Shown piece by piece: positions 56,330 through 64,000 of a stretch of 64,000 bases of DNA. The translations under genes were made by a program, and so were the position numbers. Every line of letters begins with the position of its first letter. Positions within the stretch are counted from its first letter, which is position 1. The notes under the pieces were generated by a model, which saw nothing but the letters and a program-made list of their open reading frames with translations, had not been told where the DNA came from and made no database searches. The stretch is from Abditibacterium sp. (GTDB taxonomy: Bacteria; Armatimonadota; Abditibacteriia; Abditibacteriales; Abditibacteriaceae), in contig CBDASK010000003.1 of the NCBI GenBank assembly GCA_965199495.1, positions 3,072,001-3,136,000 on the forward strand, given 5' to 3'.

Positions 56330-56953
56330 ATGTCCGTTGTTTTACCCGCCGAACTGTTCCGCCGCGCCGACGAATCGAGCGATTTAGATTTCTACAATCA
56401 ACCGCGATTGGTCGCGCATATCGAACCCGAAACTATCGAAGCGGTCACCAAACTTTATCGCGAATTGTTGCCGCCAAATGGCGCGATTCTCGATATGATG
56501 AGTTCGTGGATTTCGCATTTGCCCGCCGAAATGAGTTTCGCCCGTGTGGCAGCTACCGGCATGAACGCGCGCGAATTGGAAGCCAATCCGCGCCTGACCG
56601 ATTACAAAGTTCACGACCTTAACGCTAATCCGCGCTTGCCTTTTGCAGACGCGTCGTTCGACGCGGTGACCTGTTGTGTTTCGGTGCAATACCTGACGCA
56701 CCCCATCGAAGTTTTCGCCGATGTCGCGCGCGTCTGCCGCGCTGGGGCGCCGCTGATTGTTACTTTCTCCAATCGTTGCTTTCCAACCAAAGCCGTCGCC
56801 GCGTGGCAGAATTTGAATGACGAAGGCCATCTCAAATTAGTCGCGTATTATCTGCAAAGCGCGGGCGGTTGGGACGCTATCGAAATGCGCGATTGCACGC
56901 CGCAGTCGGCGCGCGAACCGCTGTTGGCCGTCGTCGCCCGGCGCCGTGGCTGA
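56330..56953 (+). CDS. SAM-dependent methyltransferase (type 11-like)
   Basis: FYNQPRLVAHI, LDMMSSWISHLP, GMNARELEANP, SVQYL, TFSNRCFPTKA. Confidence 0.88.
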   Translation: MSVVLPAELFRRADESSDLDFYNQPRLVAHIEPETIEAVTKLYRELLPPNGAILDMMSSWISHLPAEMSFARVAATGMNARELEANPRLTDYKVHDLNANPRLPFADASFDAVTCCVSVQYLTHPIEVFADVARVCRAGAPLIVTFSNRCFPTKAVAAWQNLNDEGHLKLVAYYLQSAGGWDAIEMRDCTPQSAREPLLAVVARRRG

Positions 56954-56956
56954 TGT

Positions 56957-57619
56957 CTACTCTGTCAATGCTTCGACAATCGCGACCGACGCCGAGCAAC
57001 CCAACCGATTGGCGCCCGCTTCGATCATCGCGAGTGCGGTCTGCAAATCGCGGATGCCGCCCGCCGCTTTGACGCCCATCTTTGGGCCGACGGTTTGGCG
57101 CATCAATTTCACATCGGCGATTGTCGCCGAGGTTGGCGCGAAACCGGTCGAAGTTTTGACGAAATCGGCGCCGACTTCGCGCGCGATTTGGCAAACCACG
57201 ACTTTTTGCGCGTCGGTCAAATACGCGGTTTCGATGATGACTTTGACCAGAGCGCACCCGCGCGCCGCTTCGACGACAGCGGCGATGTCGCGTTCGACAA
57301 TGTCCCAATCTTCGTCGCGCGCGGCGCCGATGGGAATGACCATATCTATTTCGTGTGCGCCCGCTTCGATGGCCGCGCCCGTTTCGTAGGCTTTGACTTT
57401 TGTCAACGTGTCGCCGTCGGGAAAACCGGCGACGGTCGCGATTTTAATTGGCGAATCCGCCAGCAACCGTGCCGCCAATCCGACATGGCGCGGCGCGAAA
57501 CAGACGGCGGCGAAACCGTAATGTAACGCTTCGCGGCACGCCTTTTCGATGGCATCGGTTTGGGCGTCGGGCTTCAAAACGGTGTGGTCAATGTGGGCGG
57601 CGAGTTGAGAACGATTCAT
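56957..57619 (-). CDS. deoC: Deoxyribose-phosphate aldolase
   Basis: IDHTVLKP, EIDMV, KVIIET, ADFVKTSTGF, GVKAAGGIR. Confidence 0.96.
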   Translation of the reverse strand: MNRSQLAAHIDHTVLKPDAQTDAIEKACREALHYGFAAVCFAPRHVGLAARLLADSPIKIATVAGFPDGDTLTKVKAYETGAAIEAGAHEIDMVIPIGAARDEDWDIVERDIAAVVEAARGCALVKVIIETAYLTDAQKVVVCQIAREVGADFVKTSTGFAPTSATIADVKLMRQTVGPKMGVKAAGGIRDLQTALAMIEAGANRLGCSASVAIVEALTE

Positions 57620-57643
57620 AATTGGGCAGGTAAATTATCGCTT

Positions 57644-58258
57644 TTAAACGGCCTTCACATCCAGCCACCGCCACAGATAGCGCGAGGCCAGCGTGCGATG
57701 CGGGCGCCACGGTTGGGCAATTTCGCCGAGTTTTTTCGCATCGGGCCGCTCGTCCAAATCATACAAACGGCGCGCGGCTTCGCGGATGCCCAAATCGCCG
57801 ACTGGCAAAACGTCGGGGCGATGGAGATGAAACATCAAAAACATATCGGCGCTCCACGGCCCCAAACCTTTGACGGCGACGATTTCGCGTGTAATTTCTT
57901 CGTCGCTCAAATTTTCCAATTTCGCGATTTGTAAATTGCCGTCCGATATATGCGCCGCCAGCGCGTGCAAGGTACGCGCTTTGGCGCCCGAAAGACCGAG
58001 CGAACGCAGCGTTTCGTGATCGGTTTGGGCGACGGTTTCCGGCGTGAAATCGGCGCCGAAATGCGCGCTTAAACGACCGCGAATCGCTCGCGCGACGTGC
58101 GTCGAAAGTTGCTGGCCCGCGACGATTCCACAAAGCGCGACGAAATGATTTTCGTCCGTGTTTTGGTCTTCTTCGAGGGCGCCCAAATGCTGCGTGACGC
58201 GCGCGATGGCGGCGGCTAAAATTGGGTCGGATTGGCTTAGAATTTGAGACGTTAGCAT
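57644..58258 (-). CDS. DNA-3-methyladenine glycosylase (AlkA/HhH-GPD family)
   Basis: IVAGQQLS, GLSGAKA, VKGLGPWSADMFLMF, DVLPVGDLG, WRPHRTLA. Confidence 0.92.
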   Translation of the reverse strand: MLTSQILSQSDPILAAAIARVTQHLGALEEDQNTDENHFVALCGIVAGQQLSTHVARAIRGRLSAHFGADFTPETVAQTDHETLRSLGLSGAKARTLHALAAHISDGNLQIAKLENLSDEEITREIVAVKGLGPWSADMFLMFHLHRPDVLPVGDLGIREAARRLYDLDERPDAKKLGEIAQPWRPHRTLASRYLWRWLDVKAV

Positions 58259-58308
58259 CCAGAGTAGTCTGGCTGATTTGATAATATCAAGCGTGAAAAC
58301 GCGAAATC

Positions 58309-58317
58309 TGATATAAT
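58309..58317 (+). promoter_or_regulatory. Extended -10 promoter for the HEAT-repeat gene
   Basis: TG-A-TATAAT about 35 nt upstream of the ATG at 58353. Confidence 0.45.
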
Positions 58318-58352
58318 TAAAGGGTTAAACTCTCTTGTTTGGAATAGATTAT

Positions 58353-60014
58353 ATGCCCACTGTTGAAGAAACTCCCACCGAAACCAAAGCGAAACCCCTG
58401 ACCGTGAAAGAAGCCCGCGTTGCCGAACTTTTGCAGGAACTCGACGGCAAAAGCGAAACCACACAGCGCCCGGTTATTGACGAAATCGTCGCGCTGGGAA
58501 GCGTGGCCGTCAAGCCATTGGCCAAAGCGCTGGGTTCGGGCGCGTCGTTTCAGGTGCGCATGGCTTCGGCCACCGGATTAGGCGAATTGGGCAGCGACAA
58601 ATGCGTGATGCCCCTCGTCGCCGCGCTGGGCGATTCCAGTCTCAACGTGCAGCGCGCCGCCGTGACGGCGTTGACGCTGTTGGGCGAGCCGACGGTGCAA
58701 CCGTTGTTGGAATCGCTCGATTCGCCCGATGAAGTCGTGCGCCGTTGGAGCGCCGAAGTTTTGGGGCGCCTCAAGCGCACTGAAATCGCGCCGACTTTGA
58801 TTGAAAAGTTGCCCAATGAAGCCTTGGAAGTTCAGAAATCCATCGTAATCGCGCTGGGCGAACTCAAGGACAAAGACGCGGCGCCGGTTCTGTTGCCGTT
58901 TCTCAATTCCGATAATTTGGATTTGGTGCGTTTCACCGCCGAATCGCTGGGCCAAATCGGCGACCAACGCGCGGTTGATCCGTTGATTGACGTTTTGAAT
59001 TCACCGTCGGTTGAGGTGCGCAAAGTCGTGGCGAGCGCGCTCGTGCAAATCGGCAAAGAAGCCGTGCCTTCGCTGACCGAGGCGCTGACGCATCACAATC
59101 ACAACGTGCGTTTGGCCGCCGCCGAGGCGCTGGGTTCGATTAAAGATAAGCGCGCGTCCAACGCTTTGATTAAAGCGCTCAAAGACGATAACAATCGCGT
59201 GCGCCGTTACGCGGCCCTCGCGTTGGGCGAAATCGGCGACGCCAAAGCCGCCGAAGGTTTGCAGGTTTTGCTCGAAGATAAAGTGCAGGACGTGCGTTAC
59301 TCGGCGGTCAAAGCCGTCGCGGGCATCGGCGGCAAGGCGTCGCTCAAGCCGTTGACCGACGCGATGCACGACTCCGATTGGGTCGTGCGTTTGGCGGCGG
59401 TGCAGGGTTTGGGATCGCTCAAAGATAAATCGTCGGTCGCGCCCTTGTGTGAAGCGCTCAAAGATGACGAGTGGAGCGTGCGCTATCACGCGGCGCTCGC
59501 GCTGGGCGAAATGAACGATAAAGACGCGGTCATTCCTTTGATCAAGGCGCTGCGCGATCCGCGCGAAAGCGTGCGTCGCGGCGTTGTCGAATCGCTGGGT
59601 CGCTTGGGCGACAAGCGCGCCGTGGCTGCTTTGGAGCGCCAGCGCAAAATCGAGGAAACCGAAGGCGCCAAACTCGCCATCGCGATGATTGATATGGTGT
59701 TGCCCGGTCTGCGACGCGGGCGCAAGTTCGAGCCGAAACCCGAACAGACCTTCACGCCGCGCCCGATTATCAACTCGGCGACGATCAAGCCCAAAGCCGC
59801 AATTCAGGCCGCGCAGGAAGCGCACGCGCGCATGGCCGCCGAAGCCGCCGCCGCCGCCGCGACGCTCGAAGATGAAGAGGACGCCAAAGAAGCCGCCGCC
59901 AAAGCCAAAAAAGCCAAGGCCAAAGGAAAAGGCAAAACCAAAGATACCGATGATGACGCCGATGCTCCCGACATGACCGCCGCCGATTTGGGCGAAGAGG
60001 GCGCGGGCATTTAA
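58353..60014 (+). CDS. HEAT-repeat (PBS lyase-type) protein with a charged low-complexity tail
   Basis: About 13 repeats of L..AL.D....VR..AA.ALG.IGD; Ala/Lys/Asp-rich C-terminus. Confidence 0.9.
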   Translation: MPTVEETPTETKAKPLTVKEARVAELLQELDGKSETTQRPVIDEIVALGSVAVKPLAKALGSGASFQVRMASATGLGELGSDKCVMPLVAALGDSSLNVQRAAVTALTLLGEPTVQPLLESLDSPDEVVRRWSAEVLGRLKRTEIAPTLIEKLPNEALEVQKSIVIALGELKDKDAAPVLLPFLNSDNLDLVRFTAESLGQIGDQRAVDPLIDVLNSPSVEVRKVVASALVQIGKEAVPSLTEALTHHNHNVRLAAAEALGSIKDKRASNALIKALKDDNNRVRRYAALALGEIGDAKAAEGLQVLLEDKVQDVRYSAVKAVAGIGGKASLKPLTDAMHDSDWVVRLAAVQGLGSLKDKSSVAPLCEALKDDEWSVRYHAALALGEMNDKDAVIPLIKALRDPRESVRRGVVESLGRLGDKRAVAALERQRKIEETEGAKLAIAMIDMVLPGLRRGRKFEPKPEQTFTPRPIINSATIKPKAAIQAAQEAHARMAAEAAAAAATLEDEEDAKEAAAKAKKAKAKGKGKTKDTDDDADAPDMTAADLGEEGAGI

Positions 60015-60092
60015 GGGGTCAGGTCTCAGTTTTCAGGTGTCAGGAAGCATGGCTTTTCTCCTGAAAACTGAGACCTGAAAACTGTCACCTTA
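60012..60092. repeat. Inverted repeat of tandem heptamers
   Basis: AGGTCTC/AGTTTTC/AGGTGTC mirrored by CTGAAAA/CTGAGAC/CTGAAAA/CTGTCAC. Confidence 0.78.
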
Positions 60093-60097
60093 CCAAG

Positions 60098-60586
60098 ATG
60101 AAAAAGAAAGAGACGCAATTTAAATTTATCGGCAACGAAACCATCGTTTCCAACCGGCGGGCGCGCCACGATTATGAGATTACCGAGACAATGGAAGCCG
60201 GTCTGGTTTTGACAGGGACGGAAGTCAAAAGCATCCGTCAGGGCGGCGCCCAAATCGCCGAAGCCTATGCCATCGTGGATCATGGCGGACGCAAGGCGCC
60301 CGAAGTTTGGATTCAGGGCATGTTCGTGCCGCCCTATTTATCGGGCAATTACAACAACGTTGACCCGCGTCGCAAACGCAAATTGTTGTTGCATCGCAAC
60401 CAAATCAACAAATTGATCGGGGCGAGTTCGCAAAAGGGCTACACGCTGATTCCACTGAAATTGCATCTGAAAAACGGCAAGATTAAAATGGATATCGGCG
60501 TCGGCAAAGGTCGCAAAAGCCACGATAAACGCCGCGCTATCGCCGACCGCGAAACCAAACGCGACATGGAACGCGGACAGTTATAA
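60098..60586 (+). CDS. smpB: SsrA-binding protein SmpB
   Basis: NRRARHDY, EAGLVLTGTEVKSIR, RKRKLLLHR, GKGRKSHDKR. Confidence 0.97.
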   Translation: MKKKETQFKFIGNETIVSNRRARHDYEITETMEAGLVLTGTEVKSIRQGGAQIAEAYAIVDHGGRKAPEVWIQGMFVPPYLSGNYNNVDPRRKRKLLLHRNQINKLIGASSQKGYTLIPLKLHLKNGKIKMDIGVGKGRKSHDKRRAIADRETKRDMERGQL

Positions 60587-60590
60587 CATT

Positions 60591-60775
60591 TTAGGAGTTC
60601 CGCATTTGCGCTCGCGATGTCATTTCGAGCTTGCCGAGAAATCTTTCGGCCCCGCGCCAGCGGAAGTCGCAGAAAACTTTGAACGTGAAAACCGCTCGAA
60701 CTGGGCTGCCGCGCGGGCGTAAGATTTCTCGGCAAGCTCGAAATGACATCGCGAGCGCAAATGCGGAACTCCTAA
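60591..60775. repeat. Long inverted-repeat element (55-bp perfect arms, TGTCATTTCGAGC...GAGAAATCT type)
   Basis: 60591-60645 is the exact reverse complement of 60721-60775. Confidence 0.93.
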
Positions 60776-60780
60776 TCGAC

Positions 60781-61743
60781 ATGAAATTCTCGGTCGTTGT
60801 CCCTTGCCACAATGCAGCCACGTCCATTGGGCAGACGCTACAAAGCATCGCGGCACAAACTTTGGCGCCGCACGAAATTATCGTCGTTGACGACAATTCG
60901 ACCGACGATTCGCGCGCGCAAATCGAAAATTGTGGCGTGCCGGTTCAGATTTATAAAGTTGATTTCGCGTGCGCGGGCGCGGCGCGCAACGCGGGCATTG
61001 CAGTAGCCACCGGCGATTGGATCGCGTTGTGCGACGCCGATGACGTGTGGTTTCCCCATCACTTGGAACAGGCGGCGCAGGTTTTACGCGATGGCAATGA
61101 CGTGGCTTATATGGCCAATCATTGCTTGCGCCGCGCGGGCGCCGATGAGTCGTTGCCCGATTCGATGCGGCACCAAATCGAATCGTCGGGCGGCGGCAGG
61201 ACGGGCGCGACGTGGCTCGATATTTTGGTGGAGGGTTTTCATTTCGGGCATTCGACGGTGATTTACCGGCGCGCTGTTTTGCGAGAAGCTGGCGGCTTCG
61301 ACGAAAGTTTCGCGCGGCAGGAAGATTTGGATTTGTGGTTACGCATGATCGCGCGCGGCACCTGGGCCTACGGCGCGCAGGAGGCGATGGCTTATCGCAC
61401 CGATACGCCGGGCAGTTTGTCGAAAAATATCGTCAAAAGCGAGGTTTTTTATCTGCGCGCGTTGCTCGGTAATCGTGCGAATTTTCCCGGCGCGGCGATG
61501 CAAACTTTACTGGGACGCAGCACGCGGCGCGCTTTGAGTCTGGCCTTTGTGGACGGTTCGCGCACCGATTTTCGCGCGGCTTATGTGTTGGCGCGGCTTC
61601 ATATTTCGCCGAAGTTGCGCGCTTTTTATGCTTTGGCACCGCTATTTCGTCCGCTCGTGCGCGGCGCGATTCGGCTCAAAAGGCGCTGGGTCTGGCGTAA
61701 TAATCCGGCGAAGGGTAAATTGAGTTTTGAGGAATCGGTTTGA
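60781..61743 (+). CDS. Glycosyltransferase family 2
   Basis: MKFSVVVPCHN, VVDDNSTD, ARNAG, CDADD, EDLDLWLR. The longer ORF start at 60631 lies in the repeat. Confidence 0.9.
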   Translation: MKFSVVVPCHNAATSIGQTLQSIAAQTLAPHEIIVVDDNSTDDSRAQIENCGVPVQIYKVDFACAGAARNAGIAVATGDWIALCDADDVWFPHHLEQAAQVLRDGNDVAYMANHCLRRAGADESLPDSMRHQIESSGGGRTGATWLDILVEGFHFGHSTVIYRRAVLREAGGFDESFARQEDLDLWLRMIARGTWAYGAQEAMAYRTDTPGSLSKNIVKSEVFYLRALLGNRANFPGAAMQTLLGRSTRRALSLAFVDGSRTDFRAAYVLARLHISPKLRAFYALAPLFRPLVRGAIRLKRRWVWRNNPAKGKLSFEESV

Positions 61744-61789
61744 ATCAAGTGTTCCAGCGAGAACAGGCGAGCGATTCCGTTTCTGTGCG

Positions 61790-61933
61790 CTATAGCCCTT
61801 GACAGTGTAGAGGCTACAACAGTGGGGCTGACGCCTCCTTCCAATCGGTGGTCTTTCCTCGCTTGGATGCCGATTGGAAGGAGGCGTCAGCCCCGCTGTC
61901 AGAAATGTAGCTTTCTGTTTACGAAGGGCTATA
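61790..61933. repeat. Nested inverted-repeat element (30-bp core arms with one mismatch)
   Basis: 61819-61848 pairs with 61870-61899; outer pairs GCTACA/TGTAGC and TATAGCCCTT/AAGGGCTATA. Confidence 0.8.
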
Positions 61934-62009
61934 TTATTCTGGTAAACGCGCAGTAGCGGAATCGTTCGATTGTTCTCGCGAAACTTTAAACTCAATCCCA
62001 CTTTAATTC

Positions 62010-63455
62010 ATGTTCACTCAACGCGCGGCGCTGCTTTGTTTCGTCGCTTTTTGCTTTTATCTCATCGCGGTCGTCAACGAGTTGCCGGGCTTTTATTACG
62101 TGTTGATGTGGCTGGCGCTGGGACTGTTAGCGGCGTCGCTGGGCATCGCGTTTTTGTCGTTGTCGGGACTCGATTTCACCTGGACTTTGGCGCGCTCGAC
62201 CGGGCACGCGAGCGGCCTCACCCCAAACGAACTCGACGCGCGCGAACTGGCAGTGCCAGTTGTCGAAGCGACGCTCCGCAATCGCGGCTCGCTGAATAAA
62301 ACCGGCATTCTCATCGAACTCTATCTGCGCGACTTGGGGCGCGAGGGCGAAGTCGCGTTGGTTTATCTGCTCGAAGCGGTGCCCGCCGGGAAAACTCTCG
62401 ACATCGCGTTGCCGCTTCGCGAACTGCCGCGCGGAAATTACAAGTTGGAGCGCGCGCGTTTGATCGGCTCCGATGTGTTGGGATTGTTTCGCGCGCGGCG
62501 CAAATTATCGTGGCCCGAAGAGACTGCCGAAATCACCGTTGCGCCCGCGCTGTTGCCGGTGGCTGCTCTGGGGCCATCGGGGCACGGCGGGCGGGCGCGG
62601 CGCGGCACCAGTCGGCGCGCGCGGCCCGGCGCGGGCGACGAACTGCGTGGTACGCGGCCCTATGTCGCTGGCGATGATATGCGCCAGATTCACTGGAAAT
62701 CAACCGCGCGCACCGGCGCGCTCGTGATGCGCGAGTGGGAACAAGTCGGCAGCGCCGCGACAATGATCGTCTGGGATGGCGCCTTGGGAACTCAGTGGGG
62801 CGCGCCCGGACTTGACAGCACCGAATGCGGCCTGATTATGGTGGCTTCGCTCTTGGCGACTTTTGTCGAACGATCTCTGCCGTGTTCGCTGGCCGTTCTG
62901 GGCGAGCGCGCGCAATTTTGTCCGCATTTGTCGGGACAAAGCGCGCCAGCCAGCGCGCTCAGTCGCGCCGAAACGCAGGCGCTGGCGGTCGCACGAGCCA
63001 CGCGCACCCTATCGCTGGGCGCGGCGCTCGACGGCGTGTGGAACGGCGCGCGCGAAATCGAAACTTTAACGCTGGTCACCGCTTCGCTGGCGCCCGATGC
63101 GATTGAATGGGTGCGCTCGCTGCGCACCAAAAATATCGGCGTGCGCGTGCTTTTAATTGACGGCGCGGCGCTGGGGCGCGCGAGCGGCGATAAACGTTTC
63201 GTGGGACGGCGCGCGCAAAGCAATCCGCCGCTACAAAACGCGACTGGCAGCGCGCCGATTCCCATAACTTCGGCGGCGTTCGAGCGTCAAAAAGCAGCGT
63301 TATCGCGCGCGGGTGCCCACGTCGTATTATTCGCGCCGCCAAGCGCCGCCGACATCTGGCCTGCGCTGGAAGAGGCGCAAACCGCGTTGCTGGAGCATCC
63401 GGCGTCCCACGCTAATTCGGCTTTGGCGGGCGCCCATTCCCCCATCGAAATATGA
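62010..63455 (+). CDS. DUF58 domain protein
   Basis: N-terminal TM helices; RGNY, DVLGLF, ELRGTRPYVAGDDMRQIHWKSTARTGALVMREWE. Confidence 0.9.
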   Translation: MFTQRAALLCFVAFCFYLIAVVNELPGFYYVLMWLALGLLAASLGIAFLSLSGLDFTWTLARSTGHASGLTPNELDARELAVPVVEATLRNRGSLNKTGILIELYLRDLGREGEVALVYLLEAVPAGKTLDIALPLRELPRGNYKLERARLIGSDVLGLFRARRKLSWPEETAEITVAPALLPVAALGPSGHGGRARRGTSRRARPGAGDELRGTRPYVAGDDMRQIHWKSTARTGALVMREWEQVGSAATMIVWDGALGTQWGAPGLDSTECGLIMVASLLATFVERSLPCSLAVLGERAQFCPHLSGQSAPASALSRAETQALAVARATRTLSLGAALDGVWNGAREIETLTLVTASLAPDAIEWVRSLRTKNIGVRVLLIDGAALGRASGDKRFVGRRAQSNPPLQNATGSAPIPITSAAFERQKAALSRAGAHVVLFAPPSAADIWPALEEAQTALLEHPASHANSALAGAHSPIEI

Positions 63456-64000
63456 ATTCGTCCCGACTTTTCGCGCGCGCGCAAACCGAAGCAACTGGCC
63501 TCAACGGCGAGTTGGCGTTGCGCTATGGCGCGGCCACGCTCGTCACGCTCATCGCGTTGGCGGCGGCGCAGTTGGTTTTGCCAACGCAATTCATGGTGTT
63601 GTTGGGCGCCATCACTCTGGTCGGCGTGCCAGTTTCGCTATGGATGCGACTGCACGATATGCGAATCGGCGGCTTCGCGATGCCGCGTCCCTTGTGGAAC
63701 GCGCTGACGGTGACGGCGAGCATGGGAGCGTCGGCGTTTTTTCTGCGCGTCCCTTTGACAAATATATTGTCGGTCGTGCGCGATGGCTTTAACGATAGCG
63801 CCTATTTGCGCATCGGCGCGACCGAACCGATGTTGTTGCTGGTGCAACTTTTTCTGGTTTTCGCGGCGTTTCGCTCGTTCGCGCTCATCAACGACAAAGA
63901 CGCGACGCTGGCGACGGTGCCCTCGTTTTCCGTTTTGCTGCTGCTGATTCCGGTTTATCCCAACATCGAAGTCGTCTGCTATTTCATCGTGTGGACTTTG
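63452..64000 (+). CDS. Membrane protein, probable TgpA-like transglutaminase N-terminus; 3'-truncated by the window edge
   Basis: ATGA overlap with the DUF58 stop; open to the end (MNSSRLFARAQ...LFLVFAAFRSFAL...VPSFSVLLLL); DUF58-TgpA gene order is common. Confidence 0.65.
   Translation, partial: MNSSRLFARAQTEATGLNGELALRYGAATLVTLIALAAAQLVLPTQFMVLLGAITLVGVPVSLWMRLHDMRIGGFAMPRPLWNALTVTASMGASAFFLRVPLTNILSVVRDGFNDSAYLRIGATEPMLLLVQLFLVFAAFRSFALINDKDATLATVPSFSVLLLLIPVYPNIEVVCYFIVWTL

Noticed and set aside
60591..60775. tmRNA (ssrA) next to smpB
   Set aside because: It is a perfect 55-bp inverted repeat of only 185 nt, with no GGGG 5' end, T-arm/CCA end or tag ORF.
1..64000. Abundant GCGCGC runs as a special signal
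   Set aside because: Largely explained by GCG/CGC codon preference in Ala/Arg-rich genes; cannot be separated from codon bias by eye.

Overview
GC-rich (roughly 58-60% by eye) bacterial chromosomal segment from a diderm organism; the taxon cannot be established from the sequence. It carries about 50 credible CDSs. I saw no rRNA, tRNA or CRISPR array. Housekeeping and metabolic genes include smpB, deoC, pdxT, an AlkA-like glycosylase, fdhD plus an FdhF/YdeP oxidoreductase, a gluconokinase-SDR-LarA-like cluster, and an ECF sigma/zinc anti-sigma pair next to a redoxin-MsrB fusion. There is also a circularly permuted ATP-grasp/alpha-E/transglutaminase operon and two TgpA-like transglutaminases. 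The most striking locus is a four-gene DUF11 operon (17242-30529). Its split-domain architecture predicts a head-to-tail surface fibre joined by donor-strand complementation and possibly by Lys-Asn isopeptide bonds: a non-catalytic chaperone or cap, a major subunit, an outer-membrane barrel anchor and a Gly-rich tip adhesin. Other signals are (i) the 8-mer CGTGGCTG/CAGCCACG, strongly over-represented on both strands and in several reading frames, (ii) nine long intergenic inverted-repeat elements from several unrelated families, (iii) a decayed integron (truncated intI, att-like site, cassette-like ORF, IS110 fragment), (iv) an IS1 remnant, and (v) a diverged duplicate of the larA-like 3' end enclosing a DUF3465 gene. 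All family calls come from motif recognition by eye, not database searches.
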